Shown here: positions 11,401 through 22,075 of the stretch, in pieces | Position numbering within the stretch: the stretch's first letter is position 1 | Layout: the number at the start of each line of letters is the position of its first letter | NCBI GenBank assembly: GCA_023205875.1 | Contig: CP060755.1 | Coordinates: 1,426,001-1,490,000 of the forward strand | DNA from: Chloropicon primus | Taxonomy: Eukaryota | Reading direction: 5' to 3' | DNA length: 64,000 nucleotides | The notes under the pieces: model-generated | The model's input: only the letters and a program-made list of their open reading frames with translations | What the model was told of the DNA's origin: nothing | Database searches by the model: none | Program-made: the position numbers and the translations under genes

Positions 11401-12190
11401 TGGAGATGTAGTGCCACCCGCAAGCCACAAAGTGGGACATGAACAACACCTTGGCAAGCAACCTCAGGAGCTCGAAGACGGTCGGGTGTATTCCAGTCAT
11501 TTCCTCGAGATTGCTCACTGCTGCGCCTAACTTTCGCAGCCTGCCAAGCTTGAGGAGCCTGAAGAACCTGATGAGCTTCAGGGCTTTCAAGCCCGACCCG
11601 CTCCGCCCTGACGCTAATTCGACGATGACGTTGAAAGGCACCGTGGCCCCCATATCAATCCAGAACCACTTCTTCAGGTACCGCTTTGCAATCTGTTTGT
11701 GGCTCGTGATCAAGACCATGTTGGGGTCATAAAAGCCCGTGAAGAAGTTGGTGATGATATCAAGGGCAAACAACGAGTCAATCGTGTAGTCTATGATGGC
11801 GTCGTTCCCCGTGATGCCGATTTCCAAGTCAAATCCTATCCTTGTCGTCACCGTAATCACGGAGTACACAATGAGCGCGCACAGGAACACGTCCCAACCG
11901 AGCTTGTAATTCGAGTTCGGCAGGAAGACGCTGTCTTCGAAGATCTTGCTCGTTGCCTCGGGTCTTGCGCCGATGTTCCCTTCCTGGCCCCGAAGAAATT
12001 TGGCCAAGGACTTTCTCAGGCCAAAAGAAGCTCTCTGTGCGAAGCCGACTTTTGCACTCGGGGCTTGGTCACCGCCGGCACCGTGCTCCTCTGAGATCGG
12101 AGCTATTCTCATCTTGCGGTGCGAACGTGACTCCGTGTGGGGCACGTTCGCCATGGACCTCCGCACATTGTGCGCGACGACGATAGGCAT
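8492..12190 (-). CDS. Voltage-gated K+/cyclic-nucleotide-binding-domain channel with two tandem 6TM+CNBD repeats
   Basis: Two S4 segments (LKLIRFFRLLKLGRLRKL; LRLIRMLRLTRLMKL), two pore loops (TMTGVGYGD, TMTTVGYGD) and two C-linker/CNBD regions, in one intronless 1232-aa ORF. Confidence 0.9.
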   Translation of the reverse strand: MPIVVAHNVRRSMANVPHTESRSHRKMRIAPISEEHGAGGDQAPSAKVGFAQRASFGLRKSLAKFLRGQEGNIGARPEATSKIFEDSVFLPNSNYKLGWDVFLCALIVYSVITVTTRIGFDLEIGITGNDAIIDYTIDSLFALDIITNFFTGFYDPNMVLITSHKQIAKRYLKKWFWIDMGATVPFNVIVELASGRSGSGLKALKLIRFFRLLKLGRLRKLGAAVSNLEEMTGIHPTVFELLRLLAKVLFMSHFVACGWHYISTTVSDGGIFAFIGLEGSSTASRYLMSLNWSIATMTGVGYGDIIPTSVNERVYAIFVQIMGASIFGFLLGNINTILDSINVRASYRRRKMNQVKHYVRQMEFPKELKLEIKRHFRHLCEKKEIFEVEHALSALSSSLYKEIVLQTFYELRYRFPIFIDNGPEFLMGCVSSMLPVAYYPGDEITSVGDTISEIHFLTEGIIHYVGNAAWSSGSGGDTDFFGALKGYERTLTTQERYENARKMPVDKRIVDHLDEGTVVGIFTDGSLLFEDLIGGKLTMQEFTTKAASFCDCYILEKSRYLELLHETRESIQERAEKGERRNQKLTELLHLNYQLMSFSVEGEINIVKMSQEVLVNDVVKSYVDLNNSGYQTIESNNPGGRRRTTKRSVFERVTDQFKGFRPSIVKKSNVVAPSASGISESRRGRTRRGGSNPDIQPYTSRLQHENKSLSEAMNASPYVINHEGQFKVRWEMVLCILILYSAITVPYLLSFDDEVKFGSFFWFLEIFVDTFFVTDLVLNFFTSYYHVGGLGKMRVRNHLRIAEHYLKSKWFVIDFFSSIPFDRILKLYFSSATRFKSLRLIRMLRLTRLMKLFKKSAYLEDLEDENPTLMQASKLLLQVSFSAHFLACAWYYVSIKGQTTCTRESIGEGLYNPHYCNWSVLERENVSGESKIQIYLASLYWAYTTMTTVGYGDIVPGSDSEAVMAVISMIFGVTMFAYVVGSMAVVVTSLNATARRVKQKIDDLDMFLREKDIDSSLHKKVKDYYGYYLRNLYAFDEEILLIDMPYSLRKKCLSHTYGKQLKSIPFFVDWDDFAISQIAPYIKNQQFEEGEIVLGEGEVGTHLFFIEMGCVDVLVQQRQINQLYRGNHFGEVSMLFKVPTTATVRAASTLKVFSIPGNSFKAILRKFHLTKNNLDIDALLTTIVNRVATLTYTTDMDSKIKDRMASFKEKGGPLKCLLLQDDYKYEARRYSL

Positions 12191-13063
12191 GATGAGAAGT
12201 TTGAGTCACACACGAGCCTAATTCACCGTCCTAAATCTCGAGTTCCCATTGCTCCCCTTGACTGTATGAGTGAAAGGCAAAACTTTTCTCCTCTCTGTGA
12301 CAAATCACCTTGACTGAGACGCGTCAAAGTCCTTCCATCCCTGCCCTAGACCTTCAGAACTGCCCGTAATCGTGTCATATCATTCTCTGTTGGATTCTCT
12401 GTTGGCTCACTCTCGCATTCCCACAAGAATTCTTGTACACACTTTTACATCCTAAAGGTTCGACCACAACCTCCACGGACTTCGGCTCCCGCTCGGCCCA
12501 CCTCGTCCCTCGAGCGCGCCACTGTTCGTTTCGGAGAGGGTACAGGCCAGTCCCGTCCCACGCACCTCTTCTTCCTCCCTTGCAACGTCTCACCTTGCTG
12601 AAACACGCAGCACGGCCTCCCAAGAGTGTTGCGTTCGGACACAAGCTCGAAAACCTCTCAGACCTGTGCCCGTCCTCGACAACCAGGGCCTCGTTCCCTA
12701 CCCCCACTCGTCTGGTCCCGTCCTCCCTTTGGTCCACCACGGACTTCGTTCCTTTGGTCCCTCGTCTCCACCCCCTTGTGCCCCTTCTGGTCCTTGGACT
12801 GCAGTTGGATGAAAGAATCATTCCAAGGAGAGAAGATGAAGCTCTCTCCTCAAGCCAAGCTCTCTCCCCTCCTCTCCAAACCAAATAGCGTAATACTTTC
12901 TAAGAAACGTCCTCTCCTCCTCCTCGCGCCTTGGCCGGAGAATCATCATTTTGATCGAAAATCCGTCTGTCAAGGGGGGAGAGGGAGGTGTGAGGGGGCG
13001 AGTCGAGGGGCTGGAAAGAAGGGAAGCGTGTGACGTGTTTGTGGTGACGAGGGAGAACAGAAC

Positions 13064-15579
13064 ATGTCGGCGGTTCAGATAGTGAACGGCGAAGGGAGCC
13101 TGGACCGGTCGGGTTTGACGTCTCTCCTGGAATCATGCGGAGTGGAGGGTGCTGGGCTCGAGTACTCTCTCATTGCGATCATGGGGCCTCAGTCGAGTGG
13201 GAAGAGCACGCTGCTGAACCACGTCTTTGGGACCTCTTTCCGCGAGATGGACGCGAGATCTGGGCGGTCGCAGACCACGCAGGTGGGTGGCGCCCAAGTT
13301 TTGGCGAGACGCGACGTCGAAAGAACCCCGTGAGAAGAAGGACGGGAGGTTTCTGTCTCCTCCTGAAGCTTCCCCCTTCGGCTCGCGCTGCGCTTTACTT
13401 ACACTCTTGCCTTTTCCGGTTCCTCCTTTCTCTTCCTACCTTGCAGGGTATTTGGTTGGCAGCCTCGCCCAAGCTGAGCGACGACAAGACGTTGGTGTTG
13501 GACTTGGAGGGGACGGACGGTCGCGAGAGGGGCGAGGATGACACGAACTTCGAGAGGCAGAGCGCCCTCTTCGCCCTCGCCGTGTCTGACGTGCTTCTGA
13601 TCAACTTGTGGCACCACGACGTTGGAAGGGAGCACGGCTCTGGAAAGCCTTTGCTGAAAACGATTCTGCAGGAGAACCTCAAACTTTTCGACAGCGGGAA
13701 GAAGAAGACTCTGGTGTTCGTTATCAGGGACCGCTCGTTGAAGACGCCGCTGGAAGCCCTGGCAAAGACGCTGAGGGAGGACCTGGAGAAGATTTGGAAC
13801 GGCCTGTCCAAGCCAGAGAACGAGGGGCGGGATGATGGCAAGGCCTGGGAGCTTGACGGCCACTTCGACCTCATCTTCACTTCTCTGCCAAACTACGAGG
13901 AGAAGGAAGAAGAGTTCGAGGCCGAGGCGACTCTGCTTCGATCCAAGTTCAAGAAATCGAACGAGGAAAACTACTTGCCATCCGAGAAGTCAGTTCCGGG
14001 GAGCGCTCTCTCGATGAGCATGGACCAAATCTGGAGCACCATCAAGGAGAACAAAAACCTCGATCTGCCCGCGCACAGGGTGATGGTAGCGACAGTGCGC
14101 TGCGATCAGTCCATATTGGAGTTGAGCCACGACTTTTCTGAGAACGCGGAGGTGAAGGCACTTGAGGACGAGGCGTCAGCAAGCTTGTTGGGTGATTACG
14201 GATCAAGGTGCAAGGGTGTCGTTGAAACGTACCTCTCAAGATTTGATGATCTTGTGGAGTTCTTTGAGGACTCGGTCATCGCGTCAAAGAGGCTCGAGTT
14301 GACTGAAAAGTTGGGGCAAATCATGTCAGGGGCAACCTCTGCGCAGAACGACTTTTGCAGGATGGATGCGCTCTCGTTCTACGGGAAAGAGGTCGGTGCA
14401 CTGGACAAGGACAAGTTCGCTGAAAGGGCCGCCAAGGTCAAGTCCGAATCGCTGGAGATGTTCGATACCAGCGTCATGAACGTCTCCATCACAGACGAAA
14501 CCCCTAAAGAGGTGGAAGATTTGCGGGTACGCCTTGAGGGAGAGATTCTGGCCATCTACAACGCAAGGATCAAGGATCTCAAGTCTCTCATCATGGAGTC
14601 CATGAAGAAGGTCCTTTCCAAGGCATTGTACATGCCATTCACAAACACCTTCGAGGATCTACCGGAGGACACCTGGGGAACCCTTCGCTCCGTGAAGACC
14701 AAGGTGATGAAAGAGCAGTGCCAGAGCATCGAGGAGGAGCTGGGAGGTCTGGGGCTGGACGCAGACAACCTCGAGGGTTGCAGGGAGGAGCTGACTTCTT
14801 TCGGGAAGGAGAGGTACACAAGTCTCATCGAGGAGTCCGTGAAGTCAGCACCCAAGATCCTCAAAGACAAGTTCGTCAAGTCTTTCTGTTACGACGGGAA
14901 GGGCACGCCACGAGTCTGGGGACCAAAAGTGGATGTCGGGGCGATAAATCTTGATGCCAAGAAAGAGGCCGCAAAGGCGCTCTGCTTGCTGACAGTCTCA
15001 CAAATAGAAAAGGAGCAGAAGGAGTTGACCAAGGTCGAGGAAGCCCTGGACACCCTGACCTCCTCGGAGGGGTCTGATCTCTCGCCCGTGTTTGCATCAG
15101 ATTCGTGGCCCGGGGTAGAAAAGGAATGCGTCTTGCTCGACCCCATGGAGTGCCGTTCCGTTTGGAGGCAGATGGAATCCGAGGTTTCCTACACGATTAG
15201 CCAGGCAGTTACTGCTCACGAAGCGGCGAAGCAGGCCAGCAATCGCGGTCCGCCCCTCTGGACTATCATTGCAATGGTGCTGCTCGGATGGAACGAGATC
15301 ATGTCCGTGCTCTACAACCCCCTCCTTCTCATTTTTCTCGTCTTGCTCTTCGTCTTCGGGAGGGCTGTATGGCTGAGGATCGACATCGGGTCCGAGCTGG
15401 AGAAGGGCTTTATCCCAGCATTGGTCTCCATCTCGCTGAAGATCACCCCCATCCTGATCGAGGTGTGCCAACAGTTTGCGTGGCAGGTCAAGGAAGCCAT
15501 CGAGAAGAACGCTGAGGCTGGGAAGCCAAAGGAGAAGGTAGCGACAAACGCAACCCCTACAAGCAAAAAGGACGATTGA
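13064..15579 (+). CDS. RHD3: RHD3/Sey1 atlastin-like ER fusion GTPase (exons 13064-13282, 13447-15579)
   Basis: P-loop GPQSSGKSTLLN, RSQTTQ|GIW, DLEGTDGRERGEDD, LDLPAHRVMVATVRC and a C-terminal TM hairpin. Intron 13283-13446. Confidence 0.95.
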
Positions 15580-15906
15580 TTGGTTGATTGACTATCGACT
15601 TGTAAAAAGAGGTTCACAATCCCCTTCCCTGTCGTTCCCTCTCTCTGGTCACAAGCCGAGCGTTACCCTCGTGGCCTTAGCCACGGAGTCACAGCACTTG
15701 AAATTCCTCGGAACTCCTTGGTCGATCTCGAGAGGAGAGGAGAGTCCTCGGGAGAGACGGGGACGGGGGTTGCGCAAGGCGAGAGACGAGGACAGGGAGG
15801 GAACCTCCTCCTGTCCTGTTGAGGAGATTCCTGCCTGGTTTCGAGAAAGAGGAGTGATTTGGTCGATAGAAACGACGATCGACGTTGGGAGTGAGGATTG
15901 CAAAAG

Positions 15907-16593
15907 ATGGCAGCAGCGATCCCTCGCCGGCGATGGAAGGAGGGGCCAAGGAGTGACGAGGAAGGGGATGAACAGCCAGAGCAGTCGAAAGCCTCCGGGA
16001 AGACCTCGCGCGACCAGGGGAGTTTGGACGAAATCTCGAACTGCTTGCTGCTCTCTCCAAACGGCATGAAAGTGCCGCAGACTGCGGGGAGGAAGTTCTC
16101 GGTTCGAGGCATGGTTCAGAGCAAGACCATAAGGAAGAGGGCAAGGCTTCGACTGTCCCTCAAGAGGGGATTCAGGGCGAGGCTGAGTTCTCCGGTGGCC
16201 GCAAGGGATAACTCGGTCAGGGACTGCACTGCGTTGGAAGCTCGAAGCTCGTCTGTCAAGGCGCAGCAGCCCGTTTCGAACCCGGTATCGTTCCAGTCGC
16301 CGATCAGGGCGAAGGAGGCCCCGGATGCCTCCCAATCCATTGTTGGGGCGGCCCTTGCTGAAGCCGAGAAAACGCCTTTTGAGTTCGGGAAAAGTGAAAT
16401 GAAAAAGGAGACTGCCCCGGTCCTCAGCTCTGCCGCACCGCTCGCATCAGGGCTGACTCTGCCCATCGGCATCCCAAGCTATGGGTCAACCTCGACTCCC
16501 GTCTTCTCGGCTAGTGGATTTAGCGTTGGGAGTGGGGGCACCGTGGTGTCTGCGTCATCTTCGCAAAGAAGGAAAGGTAGAAGAAAGCGTTGA
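15907..16593 (+). CDS. Hypothetical Ser/Arg-rich, probably disordered protein
   Basis: 228-aa ORF from ATG 15907, followed by an AT-rich 3' region. No domain recognised. Confidence 0.45.
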   Translation: MAAAIPRRRWKEGPRSDEEGDEQPEQSKASGKTSRDQGSLDEISNCLLLSPNGMKVPQTAGRKFSVRGMVQSKTIRKRARLRLSLKRGFRARLSSPVAARDNSVRDCTALEARSSSVKAQQPVSNPVSFQSPIRAKEAPDASQSIVGAALAEAEKTPFEFGKSEMKKETAPVLSSAAPLASGLTLPIGIPSYGSTSTPVFSASGFSVGSGGTVVSASSSQRRKGRRKR

Positions 16594-16709
16594 AGATGGT
16601 TCTTCGTTGTTCCTAATTATAAGTTTAAAACCGTACATTATATCCCTTGTATCCCTTATTTTGTCGAAGACCACCTACGCATGGGCTCCGCTCTTGGTAT
16701 ATGGTACAC

Positions 16710-17966
16710 TTAGACTTTTGTTTCGCCCAACGCTGTCAGTGCAGCTTTGTACATCGTGGGCCCCGTGACTTGATTCATGAGGATGATACAGACTAGAAAG
16801 GTGAAGAAAGGCCCGGCCCACTCCGGGAACTGCAAGAGCACTGATTTCGACAACCCCATCGCGATTCCAGCCTGAGTCACGTAGGCCATCCAACCAATCT
16901 CTTTGTGCTCTTCAGCCGACCCGCCCAGCTTGCTCCCGATCTTGGTTCCCGCGTACAGGGACAAAAGCCTGGCAGAATACACGAAAAAAGCCGGCTGGAA
17001 GAAGTGGGGAAGCGTGTCAATGTGGACACTGGCGCCTGCTAGAGCAAAGAATGCCATGTATATGGTCGGCATCACGTCGTGCAAAACCGATACGAAGTCC
17101 TTCTTCGTTGGATTGGGCTCCAGGTTCACTTTGGTTGCCCCCAGGACCAGGCAGGCCAGCAGGGGCTCTGCACCAAAGAGCTCAGAGGTGTAGAAGACGA
17201 ATGCGGCGGAGGCGACAAGGTAAAGGCACCCGATTTTCCTCTGGCTTCGTTCCCCGCCGATCTTCATCGAGAACAATTTCCTCTGCACGAAGGCCCCGAA
17301 GACGCCCAGGGCCGCGGCCACGTTAATCTTGAAAAGTGTGGTAAGCGCGTGGGTGATTATCGCGCTCTCCTCCTCCCTGTGGAAAGACAGGCGAGCTGTC
17401 GCAAGATTCAGCGAGAAGAGGACGATCACGATCACGTCTTTCACTATGATGACAGCGAGAGACACCGTGGCAAAAGGACCTTTTGCCTCAAGCTCCTTAA
17501 GAACAGCCACAGCAGAGGCTGGTGACCTCGCCAACATGATCGTTGCCACGATGCTGGACAGGATTGGGATCTTGTCCGAGCTCACAATGCTTGCCAGCGT
17601 GGTTTTTGGCAGGAGCACCATCGTGCTCGAGAAAACAATCACCCACGTCGCCACGCATATGGATAAGACGAGCCACAGAATCTGCTTCCCAACGTTCCCA
17701 AGCTCCTTGAGGCGAAGCTCCGAGCCAGCGGATATCCCAATGAGGCCCAGGCACACCTTCTCGATCAACTCCAGGTCTCTCAAGGCGTCGCTCGTAAGAA
17801 AACCAAGGCAACTAGGGCCGCACAGCACGCCACTTACGAAGAATCCTGTAATGAGGGCCAGCTTAAGGTGTCTCTGACAAAGCTGACCCACAGCAGAGGC
17901 CGTCGGAAGCAGCAGCGCCGCCGAAAGATAGTGCCGAGCAACCCGACTCAGCTCGAGCACACCCAT
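16710..17966 (-). CDS. Cation/H+ antiporter (Na+/H+ exchanger superfamily, prokaryote-like)
   Basis: About 12 hydrophobic segments; IGISAGSEL, ARSPASAVAVLKE, IIVKDV, FFALAGA and QAGIAMGL motifs. Confidence 0.85.
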   Translation of the reverse strand: MGVLELSRVARHYLSAALLLPTASAVGQLCQRHLKLALITGFFVSGVLCGPSCLGFLTSDALRDLELIEKVCLGLIGISAGSELRLKELGNVGKQILWLVLSICVATWVIVFSSTMVLLPKTTLASIVSSDKIPILSSIVATIMLARSPASAVAVLKELEAKGPFATVSLAVIIVKDVIVIVLFSLNLATARLSFHREEESAIITHALTTLFKINVAAALGVFGAFVQRKLFSMKIGGERSQRKIGCLYLVASAAFVFYTSELFGAEPLLACLVLGATKVNLEPNPTKKDFVSVLHDVMPTIYMAFFALAGASVHIDTLPHFFQPAFFVYSARLLSLYAGTKIGSKLGGSAEEHKEIGWMAYVTQAGIAMGLSKSVLLQFPEWAGPFFTFLVCIILMNQVTGPTMYKAALTALGETKV

Positions 17967-18023
17967 GCTTCTCTAAACCCGTCCGTCCCCGCCCCTAGCC
18001 TCTCTAAAGACCCCGTGTCATGA

Positions 18024-18748
18024 TCAAAGGTTGCTGCGCTCGACCAACCACCACCCTGCTGACCGTGGGGATTCTCTAAGATATGAATCCCCCGGAGGAG
18101 ATCTGCAGTTCACCTGCGCGGCCTTCGACGAGGGGGGGGGCTTCGAGGAGGAGGAGGGTGCCTCGCCTGCCCTTTTTGGATTGGGTTGGATTGGGTCGGA
18201 TGAGATTGGATTGGGTCCCACCCCTCTCGCATCCAGCTCGGTCGATTACAAAAAGTTGGAGAGTTGGCGCGCGGCCCGACGAAGGCGGCCCACTCCCCAG
18301 GCAAGCGAAAAACAGGTTTATAAGAGGGCACCTCGGGGCGACTCACAGGCACTCCGCAACAGAGGTGCACAGAGTTCCCCAAGGGTTCTCTGTCACTCCG
18401 CCGATGATAATCTCTTTCTTCGTGTCCTGATCCACCGAAAACATCTCGGGCCAACCTTGCCTGTCCAAGTCTGCAAGGAAGAACGGAGCGGCGTTCGAAG
18501 ACAGAGGAGTGAGTAAAACGTGGCAGACTGATCAATCGATGGCCGAGCGTGACCGGGCCAGAAGAGTCGGCCTTACCTGCTAGACGGAACCACTCCAACT
18601 TCTTCTCCCTGGTGAAACTGGACTGCAGGGTCCTCCGCCTGAGTGGCCCATGACTTTCTCCCGAGGAACCGCCCGGGAGCATCGCAATGAGGGCGGCCAG
18701 GAGGGCGAGCGCCGCCAGCTCCCTCGCCCTCGCATGGAATCGCGACAT
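18024..18748 (-). CDS. Hypothetical signal-peptide protein, 3 exons (18748-18577, 18470-18347, 18171-18024); may instead be the N-terminus of the antiporter
   Basis: Hydrophobic ELAALALLAALIAML. GTAAGG and GTGAGT donors with compatible phases. The last exon is uncertain. Confidence 0.5.
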
Positions 18749-19327
18749 GGTGAAGAGCGACTTCTTCTTACGCCTGAACCACGACCAGCCAAGCCACCTC
18801 TCCGCTCCTTAAACTGGCGGGTTTGAAGCGAGAGAGAAAGGAAGGTCAAGGAATATCGGGCACCCGCGTCGACACGAAGACGCACAGGCTTGAACCCCCT
18901 CAATTGAGACTACGCCGTGCCGCGAGACGCACGCGCAATTGCCCCGTCCGCCCCGTCTCCCCTTCGTCCCCGATGTGAATCCAAGAAAAATTTTTTCCCA
19001 TTCCTCATGGAGAGACGGGACGGGGCAAAATTCCCCTTTGTTGGGAGTGGATAAATGGTGGCGGGCGAGGAAAGCGAGCAAAAAGCGAGCATCTGGAGTA
19101 ATAAACAACGCTCCACGTCTTTGAAAATGGACGCAACCTTAAGCGAAAGGGGCAGCGCTGGGATGGATGCCTCGGGCTTCATTTGCGACGATGTGTTGGT
19201 CGCAATATCCCGTACACGTGGAGCGCAAAAAGTCTTTTCTCGTCTTTCCTGCTGCCCTCTCTCCGCTTCTTCCTCACGCACGCCCAGGGTGTCCAGTCCC
19301 CGTTGCTCTGTCTGTCGCGAACATGGT

Positions 19328-20608
19328 TCAAGAATTTTCTTCGCTCACAAGGGCAGGGGGATTCCCCGGGCCCGCCCCGGAATCCCGCGATTCGCGGCAG
19401 TCCTCTTCCCCTTGAGATTCGCTTTTGTTGCCCCTTCCTCGAATTTGGGGCACCTCCGATGATTGGGCACCTCGGCTTTGCGCACTGCCGCTCGTCCCCA
19501 CGTCCAGCGGCGCTTTCGATTTCTTCCATCTCTTCCACGTCTGCAATGCAGTGGATTGCAGGAGCCTGTCCTTCTCAGCGACCCTGGTACCCGCCACGTT
19601 CTTCCGCTTGCCTCCAACGGAAAGAGACAAGAGCGGCCCGCCTAACGCGCCCTCTTGGTCCTGGCAGCAACTGCTTGTGAAGAAACGACCGTCTGCCATC
19701 AAATCGTCAGAGACTTTTCCGTGGTCGTGCGGCCCGTGGGGAAGGACTTCTCCCAGTGATGGAGAGAGGTGGAAGAAAGTGTGGTCGCTTGCATGCAGCT
19801 CAAACCACTCCTTCAGGTGTCCACAGAGGCTCACCACTCCCTCCATGCTGCGGAACTTTGTGTCACTCAAGAGCAGACCAAGACATGCGAGGTCGCACAC
19901 GCCCAGTTGGTGTTTATGCTCCATCATGCTTCTGCCTGAATTCGCGTGCATGTTCACTGCGCTGGGGTCGAAGCCGGAAGCCTCCAGGAAGGAAGACAGC
20001 AGCTTCTTGTCTCGCCCCCCCTTCCCTTTCAACGCTTTGTCACGCCTCGCTTTGTCGCCGCTGCTTGGTGCTTTTGAGACCTCGTTGCTGGCCTTTGGCT
20101 CTGACCGCGCGAGGCCCGGGCGACCACAGAAGTAGGCGTCTTCATCACGCAGCGAGCCGAACTTCTGCACCGGCTTCACTGATCTTTCGCTTCTTCTTAC
20201 CGAAGTATCGTGAGGCCTTGGGAACGCTCGGTCGTCTGCCTGACTGAGCGTGCCTTCTCCGGGAGACTGCCCGTCCAGAGCAGGCGCTTTGGCCGCACGG
20301 AACTTGACGGTAGGGTTCAACACAGCGTCAAGCTGGTCGTCCGCGGAGGGTCCTCCAGAGATCGGAACTAGCTTGCCGACCCCAACGCCCTCCGTAGAGT
20401 CGGACGCCGCCTGGACGGAGGGGGACGCAAAGCCGACCCCCTTCTTCAGAACTTGGGAGGGCATATTCGCGTACAACTCCGCCTCGGTATCGACTCTCGG
20501 AACCGACCTCGAGAGTTGCATCGACCGTCCCAAGTCCCCCTCAGCGCCCGCGCCCCCCGTCGTGGTGGTGGTCGTGGTGGTCGTCAAGTCAGTCTCCTCC
20601 ACCTCCAT
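19328..20608 (-). CDS. Hypothetical protein (disordered N-terminus, small central globular segment)
   Basis: 426-aa ORF from an ATG with coding-like composition. The 3' end may be spliced. No family recognised. Confidence 0.55.
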   Translation of the reverse strand: MEVEETDLTTTTTTTTTGGAGAEGDLGRSMQLSRSVPRVDTEAELYANMPSQVLKKGVGFASPSVQAASDSTEGVGVGKLVPISGGPSADDQLDAVLNPTVKFRAAKAPALDGQSPGEGTLSQADDRAFPRPHDTSVRRSERSVKPVQKFGSLRDEDAYFCGRPGLARSEPKASNEVSKAPSSGDKARRDKALKGKGGRDKKLLSSFLEASGFDPSAVNMHANSGRSMMEHKHQLGVCDLACLGLLLSDTKFRSMEGVVSLCGHLKEWFELHASDHTFFHLSPSLGEVLPHGPHDHGKVSDDLMADGRFFTSSCCQDQEGALGGPLLSLSVGGKRKNVAGTRVAEKDRLLQSTALQTWKRWKKSKAPLDVGTSGSAQSRGAQSSEVPQIRGRGNKSESQGEEDCRESRDSGAGPGNPPALVSEENS

Positions 20609-20852
20609 CCTTTGTCAGCCGCCGAGCGTTACCCCACCACTTTCTCCTCTCTCACCAAAAAAGAAAAAGCTTGCCTCTGCCTCTCTAGAGAGATAGAGAG
20701 AGAGGGGCTCACGCACAGGAAGAAGACCGCCTGTGGCTCTCGCGAGGCGTTAGTTCACTCGATGGCGAAGCTTTTGCTCCAAGTATATTACACTGCTCGA
20801 GTTCACGGACTCGCTCTTACATCATGGGAGGGGCGGCAAGCTCTCCCCCCGG

Positions 20853-21926
20853 TCAACAGCCCAACTTACAAAACTTGTCATCCGACATGGTCTTGTAGTA
20901 TCCCACGTGCATGTGGATGCAGGAGGGCGTGAGGCAGATGCTCTGACTGGCGGAGCACTCGTCGTCCTCGTTGTAAAAGCAAGTCGCGCTGAACCTGCAC
21001 TCCTCGTAGGGCAACACGTTGTTGCACTGGACGAAGCTGTAACCGTTGAGCCAGATCTCGATCCCGACGTGGTGGTAGCCCCTCATAAACGTCACCCCCG
21101 TGTAAGGAATGTGGGGCACGGGGTCCCTCTCATTGACGACTCTGAACGTCCTGCCCTTGAGGTTCAGCATCTCGTTGTAGAAGAATGCCCAGCCGAGGTT
21201 CCCCACCCTGGGAGCTCCGAAGGTGTACACCCTCTCCACCGGCAGACCGTTGTAGTTGAGGTCCGCGGCGGCTAGGGAGGCCAACGCCCCCCCGAGAGAG
21301 TGGCCGGTCACGATGAACGTCGCGTCGGGGTGCTTCGCCAGCAGCTTCGTCACGTAGTCCCAAGCGGCCTGCCTCAGCTCCTCCCACGCGTACATGAAGC
21401 CGTCCTCCAAGCGGATCGAGATGTCCATCTCATCCGGGGCCGTCGGCCAGGCCCACTCCATCGGCGGCTCGCTCATGGCGAACATGAAGTCGTCCACCCA
21501 GTCCCCCAGGGAGTCCCCTTGCGTGCCCTGGAAGCTCAGGACGACCGTGTCGTTCTTCGGGTAGTAAAGAACGAAAAACAATATCGGAGCCTTCTCCATG
21601 TTCCACAGGAGGGGCACGGTCGTGTTATAAGCCACCACGTCTGTCACATTGGGGTGCTCGATGACTTTCCGCCCCGAGTCCCACGAGTCTATGTTCGACA
21701 CGTTGCAGTAGGCCGCAGTGGCAAAGTAATAAATGTCCTTCGCGCGGTAGTACTCGAAGGTCAGGTTGCCCGCATCAGTGTTGTTGTTGAATTTCGACTG
21801 CGCGTGCCTCTCATCCCTCCCCCAGAACGCCGCGGGGGTGAGCCTCACGCCCCCGCTGCACCACACCAAGCCCAACAGGCACGACAGGAGCAACGCCTGC
21901 ACCCTCGTACTCCACCACGTTCTCAT
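20853..21926 (-). CDS. Secreted class 3 lipase
   Basis: Signal peptide, VLSFQGT, GHSLGGA nucleophile elbow, YTFGAPRVGN, DPVPH and a Cys-rich tail. Confidence 0.92.
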   Translation of the reverse strand: MRTWWSTRVQALLLSCLLGLVWCSGGVRLTPAAFWGRDERHAQSKFNNNTDAGNLTFEYYRAKDIYYFATAAYCNVSNIDSWDSGRKVIEHPNVTDVVAYNTTVPLLWNMEKAPILFFVLYYPKNDTVVLSFQGTQGDSLGDWVDDFMFAMSEPPMEWAWPTAPDEMDISIRLEDGFMYAWEELRQAAWDYVTKLLAKHPDATFIVTGHSLGGALASLAAADLNYNGLPVERVYTFGAPRVGNLGWAFFYNEMLNLKGRTFRVVNERDPVPHIPYTGVTFMRGYHHVGIEIWLNGYSFVQCNNVLPYEECRFSATCFYNEDDECSASQSICLTPSCIHMHVGYYKTMSDDKFCKLGC

Positions 21927-22010
21927 AACACTCCTCACTCTCCAACCAAAAATAAGCCTATCCCAATCCACCGCTGCGCCACACCACACCCTCCGAGAAG
22001 TCCTCCCCCC

Positions 22011-22075
22011 TCTCCCTCGTCTCTCCCTCGTCGTCTCTCCCTCGTCGTCTCTCCCTCGTCGTCTCTCTCCCTCGC
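22011..22075. repeat. Short tandem repeat based on TCTCTCCCTCGTCG
   Basis: About 4 imperfect adjacent copies upstream of the secreted lipase. Confidence 0.8.

Noticed and set aside
12375..13033. Short ORFs between the channel and RHD3
   Set aside because: No coding bias or motifs. Likely bidirectional promoter and 5' UTR sequence.
22011..22075. Repeat array checked as CRISPR-like
   Set aside because: The units are adjacent with no unique spacers, the context is eukaryotic, and there are no cas genes.
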